64,000 nucleotides of DNA from Acutalibacteraceae bacterium (GCA_051880635.1 JBJEOI010000015.1:536-64535), one strand, 5' to 3'. Shown: positions 6,458 to 16,024, counted from the stretch's first letter. The notes: generated by a model from the letters alone, not told the origin. Made by a program: numbers and translations.

Positions 6458-8235
6458 CAGGCAAGTTCTCCTTTTTCTTTTATCTGACGGCTGACATTAC
6501 CGTAGGTTAAAAACCTCTCATAATATGTCATCATATTTTCGGAATAATCCTTTCCGTTTTTTATCATATAAAGCGCCCAGACGGTGTAGTAGAAATAATT
6601 AAGAACGGCGCAGTTCACGACATGATATATTTCATCTATATGTGGCGGTCTGCCGAAATAAAGCTCAAGACCGTTTAATACATTTTCCTTTTTATACGGC
6701 AGAAATGTGAAAAGCTTGCAGATATCAAAGCCCTTATCGCCGTCCGCAGAAAACTCCCAGTCAATCAGAACAGCTTTCTTTTCGGTAATAAGAATATTCG
6801 GAATATCAATATCATTGTGGCAAAGACAAGAGTCCCATTTATCTTTCGTTAATTCATCATAGAACTCTTTTGCTTTTTCTGAAAGACCTTCAAGGTATGC
6901 GTAAGATGAATTATCGGCTGAATTAATCATATCAATGAGTTTTAACGCTTCATCATAAAAATCAAAGCGTTCGCCGACGGTTTTTGCGTTATCATGAAGA
7001 TTTCTTAAAGAATCAGCCAGCAGCTTAACATGCTTTCGGTCAGACGGGTCATAATCGGATATTGCGTCTATATATCGGCTTATTTTTTGCCCGCTGTTTC
7101 CGTCAAAATAAATCAGGCTGTCGTCAGCGCCGATTTCAAATGCGCTTTTGTTTGCCTTCGCTTCCCGGGAGCGGTGATGAATTTTATCAGCCTCCCGCCC
7201 CGGGTGGCGATAGCAATATCTTTCGCCCTTACAGGAGAAAACAAAGGTTGCGTTTGAAAAGCCGTGCGGAAGTTTTCTTATATCCGTAATATCCTCAGGC
7301 TGACAGTCAAGCGCTCTGCAAATATTATTTATCAGCTCGATGCTGTTATTTTTAATGTAGTCGGGGTCATAAGCCTTCAGGTCGTCAATCGAGTCAAACT
7401 CATATATCACTCCGTCGGGATACTTCTTGATATACATCTCAAGTTTGTCGAGATTTTCGGTGAAAATCCACTCCCAGTAATAGTTTTCAACCCCCGGCTT
7501 GCCGAAGTATTCGCTAAGAAGCGGGAGAAAGTTTTCTGAAAATTTTCTGTCAAAATATGCGTGACCGAACATGACCCACATATTTTCACTTGGCTTGCAG
7601 GTATTTATTATAAGACCGTTTTTATCAGTGAAGAAGCCTCGCTCATAGTTCTTTTCTTTAATAAAAACAGAAGCGTAAAACGCACGGTATTCGTATTTAT
7701 TGAACACATTCTCCACAAAATAATTGTCGGCGCAGATAATATATGTGTTTGAGAGCTTATCTTTAACGCAGTTCAGAGAGGAATGTGTGTTTTTAATTCG
7801 GTATTCGTTATTAATAGCAAACTCTACGCCGTATTTTTCTTTGAGAAACAAAAACTTCTCCATCATATAGCCGATAACTATTGTAATATCATAAATGCCT
7901 TTTTCGTGAAGCTGTCTGATTATTCTTTCAATGAGAACTTCGCCTTTGACCCTCAGAAGCGCCTTGGGAATTTCATAAGACACGGGCACAAATCTTGTTG
8001 ACATGCCTGCGGCGAGAATAACGGCGTTTTTGACTTTATAAGGTCTCAGAGCTTCACAGCCGCTTTCGGTTATTTCATATTTTTCAGTGATAAACCCTCT
8101 TTCAAAAAGCGAAGTCACAAGAGAGTTAGCCGTTCCGAGAGAAACACCGACTGCTTTAGAAATACTTCTCTGATTTATTTTGTCTTTTGTTTGAGCAATA
8201 TATAGAAGAACCTCAAATTCTCTTTTTTTAAGCAT
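6457..8235 (-). CDS. Tri-domain protein: winged-HTH + LicC-like CTP:phosphocholine cytidylyltransferase + LicA-like choline kinase
   Basis: N-terminus 'REFEVLLYIAQTKDKINQRSISKAVGVSLGTANSLVTSLFERGFI' is MarR-like. 'AVILAAGMSTRFVPVSYEIPKALLRVKGEVLIERII...YIICADNYF' is a LicC-type NTP-transferase fold. The C-terminus 'CHNDIDIPNILI...VLIDWEFSADGDKGFDICKLF' carries the choline/ethanolamine kinase Brenner motif. Confidence 0.8.
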   Translation of the reverse strand: MLKKREFEVLLYIAQTKDKINQRSISKAVGVSLGTANSLVTSLFERGFITEKYEITESGCEALRPYKVKNAVILAAGMSTRFVPVSYEIPKALLRVKGEVLIERIIRQLHEKGIYDITIVIGYMMEKFLFLKEKYGVEFAINNEYRIKNTHSSLNCVKDKLSNTYIICADNYFVENVFNKYEYRAFYASVFIKEKNYERGFFTDKNGLIINTCKPSENMWVMFGHAYFDRKFSENFLPLLSEYFGKPGVENYYWEWIFTENLDKLEMYIKKYPDGVIYEFDSIDDLKAYDPDYIKNNSIELINNICRALDCQPEDITDIRKLPHGFSNATFVFSCKGERYCYRHPGREADKIHHRSREAKANKSAFEIGADDSLIYFDGNSGQKISRYIDAISDYDPSDRKHVKLLADSLRNLHDNAKTVGERFDFYDEALKLIDMINSADNSSYAYLEGLSEKAKEFYDELTKDKWDSCLCHNDIDIPNILITEKKAVLIDWEFSADGDKGFDICKLFTFLPYKKENVLNGLELYFGRPPHIDEIYHVVNCAVLNYFYYTVWALYMIKNGKDYSENMMTYYERFLTYGNVSRQIKEKGELA

Positions 8236-8265
8236 TTTCTCGCCTCTGTTTGTTCAATTTTCGAA

Positions 8266-8294
8266 ATCTTAGCATAGATTTTGAACCTTGTCAA
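8266..8294 (-). promoter_or_regulatory. Promoter of the choline operon
   Basis: Minus strand: TTGACA (8294-8289), 17-nt spacer, TAAGAT (8271-8266). It lies about 30 nt upstream of the ATG at 8235. Confidence 0.55.
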
Positions 8295-8334
8295 CAAAAT
8301 TCGACAAAATATTACATAATATGCTAATGTGCAA

Positions 8335-8374
8335 TAAAAAAACTGCCGCTTCGGTTTTATCCGTCAACGACAGT
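8335..8374 (-). terminator. Rho-independent terminator ending the long polysaccharide transcription block
   Basis: Minus-strand stem ACUGUCG with CGGCAGU (7 bp including one G-U pair), followed by a U7 run. It lies about 60 nt after the stop at 8434. Confidence 0.55.
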
Positions 8375-8433
8375 TAAATTATTCAGTTAAATTAAAGCGG
8401 TATCAAACAGGCTTATATTCTTTTATCTGTTCT

Positions 8434-9144
8434 TCAGCAAGCGCCCAATTCCTTCATAGCCTCAAAAAACGCATCAGCCTGATTATTCGGGTTTGCATTC
8501 TTTGTTGCCTCAAAGTCATACCATGAATATTCAAGATCGTGAATAATAATCGGTATTTCTTTGCCGAAATGTTCTTTTATTGTTCCGTCTCTCTGGAGCT
8601 TTTCGGCAACAGATGAAGCAAGCTGTAACAGCTCATAGTGACCGGCAGGACCCTTGCCGATATAGTTGCCCTTTTCATCATACATTTCATCTTCGTTTTC
8701 TTCACCTATATTCACAACACCTTTTTGAGCGTACCAGTCGAAAAGTGCGTCAGCGTACTGATTTGGGGTGTCGAAGTCAATTATCATAGTTTCATCCTGC
8801 CTCCAGAAGGCATAGTTCCACCTTTCCTCATCAAAAAGTGAGGCGCCCGGACAGTCAGCTTCGGTGTTATAACTGACAGCCCATGTCGTAACATTATTAA
8901 ACCCTTTATATTCATTAGATTCATTTGAATGCAGAAAAAATGATATGGCATAAATATCTTTTTCATCCCATTTCAATATTTCACTTTTGACTTTGTTATA
9001 TAGCGCTTCTTCAAAATTATCCACTTCAACGACCTCCTCAGAATTATCGGTGTTTATATCGTTATCTGCATTACGGCAGGACACAAATGTGAGACATATC
9101 ACAATTAGCAAAGCGACATTAATAATTCTTTTTATTTTGCTCAT
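8434..9144 (-). CDS. Lipoprotein of unknown function
   Basis: Start chosen at internal Met 30 ('MSKIKRIINVALLIVICLTFVSC'), which gives a signal peptide plus lipobox Cys and has a GGGGTGG SD. The longer ORF to 9231 has no SD and a non-signal N-terminus. Confidence 0.6.
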   Translation of the reverse strand: MSKIKRIINVALLIVICLTFVSCRNADNDINTDNSEEVVEVDNFEEALYNKVKSEILKWDEKDIYAISFFLHSNESNEYKGFNNVTTWAVSYNTEADCPGASLFDEERWNYAFWRQDETMIIDFDTPNQYADALFDWYAQKGVVNIGEENEDEMYDEKGNYIGKGPAGHYELLQLASSVAEKLQRDGTIKEHFGKEIPIIIHDLEYSWYDFEATKNANPNNQADAFFEAMKELGAC

Positions 9145-9257
9145 AATCCACCCCTGAAAACAGCAATATTCGCTGCAAAAAACAAAATTATATCTTTTAT
9201 TGATTATATAGTGTATTAACATCAAAGTCAACAGGATTATTGCAAATAAGAAAATAT

Positions 9258-10223
9258 TTATTTATCACAAAAATCTGCTATTATTTCAAAATAATCTTTC
9301 AACTCAGCTCTTTCGCTCTGAAAAATTTCATGGCAGGTATTTTTTGTCTGAACGACCTTTATGCTCTTTCCGTTTTCTTCACAGAGTGAAATAAATTTGT
9401 TCTGCCAGCTTTCAAGAAGCTGTCTGTCGGTTTCGGGCTTTATGACAAGCATATGAGCCTTGAGCTTTTTTATGTTTTCTGCGCTGACTATTTTGTCTCT
9501 TGCCTCTACCGAGTGCTTCACCCATTCCATTGTCGGGCCGCAGGTCTGATAGGCTTCATTCTCGACTTTAAGTTTTAATGCATACTCCCCTCTCGCCTTT
9601 GAAGAAGCGTCAGGGTTTCCCTTTTCGGGCTGAAAAACACATTTGCCCGGCGCAGGCATATTCCCCTTGCCTAAAGCGCAGACGAGCTTCGCCACAAGGG
9701 AAGCGACCGCCGTGGGCATTCCCATATTGCCGCAAATCATAGGCGAAGAAAGTATAAGTTTTTCGACGGGGAGCTCAGGATTATCAATAAGTGTCAGAAG
9801 TGCGGCATTTCCGCCAAGTGAGTGGCTGAAGCAATACACGGGCAGTCCGTTTCTGCACACCACATTCTTAATAAAACAGGCTATATCCTTTGAATAATAA
9901 TCAAAGCCGTGACTGCCGACAGCGTATTTCGGGGCTTCGTCTTTATACGATAAGCCGTGACCGCGAAGGTCAGGCACAAAAACATTATAGCCCTCGCCGA
10001 AAAAGTAATATGACATTTCATCAAATTTTTCGGCGCATTCAGTAAAGCCGTGAAGAATAATTACATTCGCCTTTGCATTTTCGTTTATAAAAGAAAGATA
10101 ATGCATTTTCTTCAAATCAAAGGTTTCATAATATTCGCTTTTTTTGTTTTCTTCACAGAACGGAAGAATGATTTTTTCATATTCCTTTTCAAAATCACTG
10201 TCTTTTAAAATCTGAGTATTCAT
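9258..10223 (-). CDS. Alpha/beta-hydrolase (lysophospholipase / monoacylglycerol-lipase-like)
   Basis: 'VIILHGFTECAEKF', 'DLRGHGLS' and the nucleophile elbow 'FSHSLGG'. AAAGGAG SD. Confidence 0.7.
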   Translation of the reverse strand: MNTQILKDSDFEKEYEKIILPFCEENKKSEYYETFDLKKMHYLSFINENAKANVIILHGFTECAEKFDEMSYYFFGEGYNVFVPDLRGHGLSYKDEAPKYAVGSHGFDYYSKDIACFIKNVVCRNGLPVYCFSHSLGGNAALLTLIDNPELPVEKLILSSPMICGNMGMPTAVASLVAKLVCALGKGNMPAPGKCVFQPEKGNPDASSKARGEYALKLKVENEAYQTCGPTMEWVKHSVEARDKIVSAENIKKLKAHMLVIKPETDRQLLESWQNKFISLCEENGKSIKVVQTKNTCHEIFQSERAELKDYFEIIADFCDK

Positions 10224-10240
10224 TTTTTTGACGCTCCTTT

Positions 10241-10268
10241 AAAAATCAAGTCCGGCATTAAGCCGAAC
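10241..10268 (-). terminator. Weak hairpin between the LCP gene and the hydrolase gene (possible attenuator or terminator)
   Basis: Minus-strand stem GUUCGGC, loop UUAAU, stem GCCGGAC, followed by UUGAUUUUUA. The U-tract is interrupted. Confidence 0.3.
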
Positions 10269-10282
10269 CTGATAAGATATTT

Positions 10283-11284
10283 TTAAAACGGCATATAGCT
10301 CTCTTTCAGCATTTTCTTTATAGCCTCAAGGTCGGGCAGAAGAACCTGCATACCTCTGATAACAACATTTTTATATGTCCCTGCGCCGGGAACGGTGAAG
10401 GTTTTTATCTCTGATGAAGAAACAAGCGGAGCGGCTTTTGCTACAAGAGAATAAATCTGAGTTGTTGACATGTCGGTGGTGACTGTCGGCAAAACCTCAT
10501 TAACAAGCGAAATAAGCTCCTTAACGCTGCATGATTTCAATTTGCTCACCGCTGAAAGGAGTATTTTTTTCTGACGGTCGGTTCTGCCGAAGTCGCTGTC
10601 AATCTTTCTAAGTCTTGCATAGCGGAGAGCCTTTTCACCGTTAAGATGAGTCGGTTCGTCACCCTTATAGGGTACTCCTATAGCGTTAGCCTCCGCCCTT
10701 GTCAGAACGATATCGACGCCGCCTATCTTGTCAATCGACTTTATAAAGCCGTTGAAATCCACCTCAAAACAGCCGTCAATCGTGATACCGAAATTCTTGT
10801 AGAGCGTATCTTTCAGAAGCGGAAAACCGCCGAACACATAAGCCGCATTGAGACGGTTGTCGGAGTAGCCGGGAATCTGAACATAAAGGTCACGTAAAAA
10901 CGAAATAAGTGAAACAGCTTTTGTTTCAAGGTTGATACTGGCGACAATCATAACGTCTGAACGCTGCCTGCCCTGACCGGGTCGCTTATCCTGACCGACT
11001 AAAAGAAGATTCAGAAGATGTTCGTCGCCCAGAGGTCCGCTTAAATCCCATTTGACATTATTCGGGTCAACGACCTCGCCCTCGGTGTTTGAATCGGTGT
11101 CAAAAAATTCACTTCCCGGGTCAACGGTTTCTATATCATTAACATGATTGATAAGGTTGATATAGTGTGCGACCGTTGCGGTCCCAACTGTTAAAACGAC
11201 AAGCAAAAGAGCAAGTATAACCAACAAAACAGCTTTCTTTTTGCCTATTTTGCCTATTTTTCCTTTTAATGAGTCCTTATCCAT
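10283..11284 (-). CDS. LytR-CpsA-Psr (LCP) family glycopolymer-to-wall ligase
   Basis: N-terminal TM helix followed by 'NLLLVGQDKRPGQGRQRSDVMIVASINLETKAVSLISFLRDLYVQIPGYSDNRLNAAY', the LCP core. Confidence 0.85.
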   Translation of the reverse strand: MDKDSLKGKIGKIGKKKAVLLVILALLLVVLTVGTATVAHYINLINHVNDIETVDPGSEFFDTDSNTEGEVVDPNNVKWDLSGPLGDEHLLNLLLVGQDKRPGQGRQRSDVMIVASINLETKAVSLISFLRDLYVQIPGYSDNRLNAAYVFGGFPLLKDTLYKNFGITIDGCFEVDFNGFIKSIDKIGGVDIVLTRAEANAIGVPYKGDEPTHLNGEKALRYARLRKIDSDFGRTDRQKKILLSAVSKLKSCSVKELISLVNEVLPTVTTDMSTTQIYSLVAKAAPLVSSSEIKTFTVPGAGTYKNVVIRGMQVLLPDLEAIKKMLKESYMPF

Positions 11285-11288
11285 TTTA

Positions 11289-11789
11289 TTATCTCTCCAT
11301 TCTCTTATTTTTTATTTTATATGCAGAAAATGCAATTATGCACACAAGAAGTATTCCGCAAAATGCACCGAAAAAGTCAACGCATACGTCAAAAAAGCGG
11401 GGCGCTCTCTCAGACACAAAGTGTTGATGAAGTTCATCAGAGCAGGCATAAATCAAAGAGATTATTCCGCTAAAAAACCATGTTTTTTTCTCAAGAAAGG
11501 TTCTCAGGTGAATTTCAAGGAAAAAACCGAGCGCGGCAAACTCAAGAAAATGAGCCGCCTTTCTGACTATAAAAGTGACCGTGTTTTCTACGCTTTGGTA
11601 TGCGTCAGATGAAAGACTGCCGAAAAAGCGTGTTATAAATCCCATTGCCGTTTCGACAAAGCCGCCGCTTGTTGCGGTCGAAGCCTCGGCTGTCTGTGAC
11701 GAAAAATAAAATATCGTTATCATCACCGCAAGAACGGGCAAAAGAGTAATAATACACAGCCGCTTTTCTTTAACTGTCAATGACTTCAT
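11289..11789 (-). CDS. VanZ-like membrane protein
   Basis: 166 aa, 4 TM segments, 'RKAAHFLEFAALGF' motif. Overlaps the upstream gene by 4 nt. Confidence 0.65.
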   Translation of the reverse strand: MKSLTVKEKRLCIITLLPVLAVMITIFYFSSQTAEASTATSGGFVETAMGFITRFFGSLSSDAYQSVENTVTFIVRKAAHFLEFAALGFFLEIHLRTFLEKKTWFFSGIISLIYACSDELHQHFVSERAPRFFDVCVDFFGAFCGILLVCIIAFSAYKIKNKRMER

Positions 11790-12853
11790 AAATAATATTC
11801 CTTATACCACTGCGCAAATTTTCTAAGCCCGTCCCGAAGCGGCGTTGACGGCTTGAAGCCGAAATCTCTTTCAAGCGCAGAGGTGTCGGCATAGGTTATA
11901 GGGACGTCGCCCGCCTGCATAGGGACAAGCTCTTTATGAGAATCAAAGTCATAATCCTCAGGCAGAACGCCTGCTCTGATAAGCTCCTGCTGAAGAATAT
12001 CGACAAAGTCAAGGAGATTTTCAGGGTTGCTGTTGCCGATATTGTAGAGCGCATACGGCGCAAGGGGAAGCCCGTCTTCGCCTTTTTCACGCTCGGGCGC
12101 ACCCGTCATAATGCGATAAACGCCCTCGACAATATCATCAATATAGGTGAAATCCCTCTTACAGTTGCCGAAATTGAAAATCTGAATTTTTTCGCCCTTC
12201 AGAAGTTTATTTGTGAACCCGAAATAAGCCATATCGGGTCTGCCCGCAGGTCCGTAAACGGTGAAAAAGCGAAGCCCCGTCGAGGGGATATTATAAAGTT
12301 TTGAATAGGAATGAGCCAGAAGCTCGTTGCTCTTTTTCGTCGCCGCATAAAGCGAAATCGGGTTATCAACCTTGTCGTCGGTCGAATAAGGCACCTTTTT
12401 GTTGTTGCCGTAAACCGAAGACGACGAGGCATAGACAAGATGCTCAACGCCGCTCTTTCCGCCGTCATATGAATGTCGGCAGCACTCAAGAATGTTATAG
12501 AAGCCGATAATATTCGACTCTATGTATGCGTCGGGGTTTGTTATCGAATAGCGAACGCCTGCCTGAGCGGCAAGATTGACGACTACATAAGGCTCATAAT
12601 CAGAGAAAACCTTTTCCATAAGAGCCTTGTCGGCGATACTGCCTTTGATAAAGACAAAATCTCCCTGAAGATGTGAAAGCTCGTCAACACGGTATTCTTT
12701 AAGCGAAACATCATAATAATCGTTCATATTGTCGATGCCGACAACCTTTATTCCGCTGACTTCACATAGCAGCTTCTTGCATAAATTCGAGCCGATAAAG
12801 CCTGCCGCACCCGTGACGAGAACGGTTTTGTTTTCAAGTGATAATTTCAGCAT
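11786..12853 (-). CDS. NAD-dependent epimerase, UDP-glucuronate 4-epimerase-like (produces UDP-GalA)
   Basis: 'VLVTGAAGFIGSNL', 'YASSSSVYG', 'YAATKKSNELLAHSYSKLYNIPSTGLRFFTVYGPAGRPDMA'. This is an extended short-chain dehydrogenase/reductase (SDR) of the CapI/WbnF type. Confidence 0.75.
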   Translation of the reverse strand: MLKLSLENKTVLVTGAAGFIGSNLCKKLLCEVSGIKVVGIDNMNDYYDVSLKEYRVDELSHLQGDFVFIKGSIADKALMEKVFSDYEPYVVVNLAAQAGVRYSITNPDAYIESNIIGFYNILECCRHSYDGGKSGVEHLVYASSSSVYGNNKKVPYSTDDKVDNPISLYAATKKSNELLAHSYSKLYNIPSTGLRFFTVYGPAGRPDMAYFGFTNKLLKGEKIQIFNFGNCKRDFTYIDDIVEGVYRIMTGAPEREKGEDGLPLAPYALYNIGNSNPENLLDFVDILQQELIRAGVLPEDYDFDSHKELVPMQAGDVPITYADTSALERDFGFKPSTPLRDGLRKFAQWYKEYYL

Positions 12854-13581
12854 ATTCCTTTATACTCCCTCTGAACTTTTTCATAGCTTTCAAGATTGCC
12901 TATATCATATCTTCTGCCCGGCATTTCCATAGCGTGAACCGCAGTCTGGGTGCAAAGCCACGCAATAAAGCTGCCCGGTGCGTCCGTTCCGCAGCCGCTT
13001 TCTATCCCCTTTGAAATCAGTCTTGCGCTATCTTTCGTGTAATAATAGAACGGAGGACAGCACCAATGTGTTTCGGGCTCAGGCGACTTTTCCGTCATTC
13101 TTATGACCCTATCGTTTTCGTCAACTGTGACAACGCCGCATTTCAGAAGTTTTTTCCCGTCAGGCTCATAATAACGCATAATACACGGAGTATTCTTTTC
13201 TTTTGCGTATGATATAAATTCCGTCAGACTGAAATCGAGAACATTGTCGCCCGCTATGACAAGCATATCGTCGTCAAGGGCGAGTTTATTTATTGCAAAT
13301 TCGATATCTCTGACAGCGCCGAGTCTTGTTTCGTTAGTCAGGGTCATATCGTCAACAACGGTTATTTTCTGTGTTTTTGCCGCCGCCCACTCTTCAAAGT
13401 GACGGGCAAACTTATGGTTTGAAATGACGACATATTCATCGACCTGTGAAAGAGTGTCTATATCGTCTATAAGCCAGTCGAGAATAGTTTTATCACCGAC
13501 CTTTAAAAGCGGCTTAGGAAAATTTTCCGTGAGCGGATAAAGCCTTGTCGCATAGCCCGCCGCTAAGATAAGACATTTCAT
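12847..13581 (-). CDS. Sugar-1-phosphate nucleotidyltransferase
   Basis: 'MKCLILAAGYATRLYPLTENFPKPLLKVGDKTILDWL' is the NTP-transferase signature. 244 aa. Confidence 0.8.
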   Translation of the reverse strand: MKCLILAAGYATRLYPLTENFPKPLLKVGDKTILDWLIDDIDTLSQVDEYVVISNHKFARHFEEWAAAKTQKITVVDDMTLTNETRLGAVRDIEFAINKLALDDDMLVIAGDNVLDFSLTEFISYAKEKNTPCIMRYYEPDGKKLLKCGVVTVDENDRVIRMTEKSPEPETHWCCPPFYYYTKDSARLISKGIESGCGTDAPGSFIAWLCTQTAVHAMEMPGRRYDIGNLESYEKVQREYKGIC

Positions 13582-13605
13582 ATGAGTTTATTCCCCCTGT
13601 GAGAA

Positions 13606-14802
13606 TTAATTAGCAACATTTGTTTTATTATGTATTTTCAGATTAACCTTTTTTATAGCCTTCTCAAAAGAAGAGGTATCAAACTTCATTTTTTCTTCTA
13701 TCAGCAACCACGACAGCCAAGAAAAACCAATTATTACCGGTAAAACTACTAAAAATGACAATACTGCTGCTTGATTGTAAGAAATTCTTTCAATAAATAA
13801 TTTGAACAAGCCACACTGAACAGTGAGCATTAACGGCCAATGAAAAGCATATGTTGAAAATGATATTTTCCCCAAGAACATAAATATTTTATTTTCAAAA
13901 AACTTATGAATAAATGGACTTTTTACTATCACATATGTAATAAGAGAGATTCCAATTGCACGAAATGTTGATGGGGTTACAAGTCTGAACGATATTGTCT
14001 CAAAAATAGAATATATAGAGGAAAATTTTATTGGACAACATGCAAAAAACAATCCAAATATAAAGCAACCACTTAAAAAGATCTTATTGGTAATGAGCTT
14101 GTTGTAATATTTTGAAAATAATGTATCGTCCTTTGACAGACATAAATCTGCTACTAATGCACCAAGAATAAACGCTCTGTAGTTTCCTCCGACAAACCAC
14201 AAAGAGGCTAAATAAATAATTCTCCTGAATTTTGAATTTTTTAAAATAAAGCATAACAAGAGTACTATTACATAGCCTATAAGTTCATACTTTATCGTCC
14301 AGAACGGTCCAACAAAGTCATTACCCTCTTTATATGTCCAATATAAACATGTTGTTACCATGCTTTTAAAACTTGGAACAAAATTACAATATCCGTCTAC
14401 AATAGTTGACTGAGGAAGTTTATCAAGAATATCAAGGTGATATTGAAGACCACATTTCATCATTAGATAAGTAAATACCGTTGCAGCAGATACAATAGGT
14501 AATAATCTAAAATATCTGTTTGCTATCTTTTTTCTTATTATTTCTCCGTCATAATTATTCTTTATTACCGAAAGAGACACAAGAAACCCTGTCAGCATAA
14601 AGAAATACTGAACAGCAATATCCCCATTTACTAATACATTTAGCGGTGTTTTACCAAAATAAGATAATATATCTCCAACATCATTTGAACTTTTATACAT
14701 TTGCGGATAAAACACACATACAAAATGGCAAAGTATTACATTAATAGACATAATACCTCTTAAACCATCAAGATAATCTAAGCGCTTTTGAGTATTGCTC
14801 AT
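13606..14802 (-). CDS. Acyltransferase-3 (OafA/WecH-like) integral-membrane O-acetyltransferase
   Basis: 398 aa, about 10 TM segments, N-terminal 'RLDYLDGLRGIMSINVILCH'. Visibly AT-rich compared with its neighbours. Confidence 0.8.
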   Translation of the reverse strand: MSNTQKRLDYLDGLRGIMSINVILCHFVCVFYPQMYKSSNDVGDILSYFGKTPLNVLVNGDIAVQYFFMLTGFLVSLSVIKNNYDGEIIRKKIANRYFRLLPIVSAATVFTYLMMKCGLQYHLDILDKLPQSTIVDGYCNFVPSFKSMVTTCLYWTYKEGNDFVGPFWTIKYELIGYVIVLLLCFILKNSKFRRIIYLASLWFVGGNYRAFILGALVADLCLSKDDTLFSKYYNKLITNKIFLSGCFIFGLFFACCPIKFSSIYSIFETISFRLVTPSTFRAIGISLITYVIVKSPFIHKFFENKIFMFLGKISFSTYAFHWPLMLTVQCGLFKLFIERISYNQAAVLSFLVVLPVIIGFSWLSWLLIEEKMKFDTSSFEKAIKKVNLKIHNKTNVAN

Positions 14803-14828
14803 AGCTCTCTCCTATTTATAAAAAAGTG

Positions 14829-16010
14829 TTATTTTAGTTCTTCCCCCACGCCGTCGGCGCTTTCACATATATGTACGGAGAATTTTTCTTTAAGAAGCGG
14901 AAATTCACTGAGATATTCTTCTGTGACCTTTTTTGTTATACTCTCTTCAAAAGCAGGGTCGATAAGAGCCATACAGCAGCCCTTGAAGCCTGCGCCCGAA
15001 AATCTGCCGCCGTATATGCCGTCGGTGTGAGTCATAATCTCATAAAGCTTAATAAGCTCGGGCGAACCTGTTTCCCAGTTATATATACTGCTTCTGCCGC
15101 TTTCGAATGAAAGTCTGCCGAATTCTTCTATATCGCCTCTGCGCCACGCTTCAGCCCCCCGCTGAACACGGTCAAACTCAGTGTACCAGTGCTCGGCGCG
15201 CTTCATAAAGTTTTCGGGCAGTCTGTCCTTATACCTTTGAAAAATTTCGACGGGAACATCACGAAGATATGTTTCATTGAATTTTCCGTATTCCAGCCCT
15301 GCATAAGCCTTTAACGCGTATGCGGCGCTTCGGGCTTCATCAACACGCATATTGAATTTTGAGCCGACAAGGGTTCTTTCAACGCCCGAGAAGAAAACAG
15401 CTATTTTATACGGCTTCATTTTTGGGTGAGTTTCAATAAGTTCATAGCTGTCATCTTTTGTATCAAGATAAAGCAGCTTGTTTTTCTTTGAATAAACCTC
15501 ACAGCTCTGATCGAGCTTTCCGCAGCTTACGCCGACATAGTTGTTTTCGGCTGAAAGCGCAGTCATTATCATTTCATGGTCTGAAAGCGTAATGGAGTTG
15601 ACAGCGCAAAGTGCTTTAAGAAACGCAATAATAACCGCCGCAGAAGATGAAAGTCCGCCGATAGGCAGTGAACCCTCGATAACGCCGTGAAGTCCCACTT
15701 TAAGCGGATACTTCTGCGCAAGCGCTATTGTTGCACCTCTGAGATAATCAGCCCAGTCGCCCTGCTTGCTTTCGGGAGTGCCCGCCACATGCCACTGAGC
15801 CCTCTTCGAAAACTGCATTGAAACAAGCTCAATAACGCCGTTCTGCTTAGGTCCGTAGGCAATATGAATACCTTTATCTATAGCAAAGCCGAGCACCTTG
15901 CCGAGATTATGGTCTGAGTGCGCACCCAAAGGGCATACCCTGTATGGGCAAAATGACATATATTCGGGTGCTTTATGATATATCTGTTCATAGCGTTCCT
16001 GACAAAGCAT
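14829..16010 (-). CDS. GHMP-family sugar-1-kinase (galactokinase / galacturonokinase-like)
   Basis: 'RVCPLGAHSDHNLG' is a galactokinase-type signature variant. 'PIGGLSSSAAVIIAFLKAL' is the GHMP ATP motif. 'GGRFSGAGFKGCCMALI' is motif III. Confidence 0.7.
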   Translation of the reverse strand: MLCQERYEQIYHKAPEYMSFCPYRVCPLGAHSDHNLGKVLGFAIDKGIHIAYGPKQNGVIELVSMQFSKRAQWHVAGTPESKQGDWADYLRGATIALAQKYPLKVGLHGVIEGSLPIGGLSSSAAVIIAFLKALCAVNSITLSDHEMIMTALSAENNYVGVSCGKLDQSCEVYSKKNKLLYLDTKDDSYELIETHPKMKPYKIAVFFSGVERTLVGSKFNMRVDEARSAAYALKAYAGLEYGKFNETYLRDVPVEIFQRYKDRLPENFMKRAEHWYTEFDRVQRGAEAWRRGDIEEFGRLSFESGRSSIYNWETGSPELIKLYEIMTHTDGIYGGRFSGAGFKGCCMALIDPAFEESITKKVTEEYLSEFPLLKEKFSVHICESADGVGEELK

Positions 16011-16024
16011 AGTTTTTTACCTCC

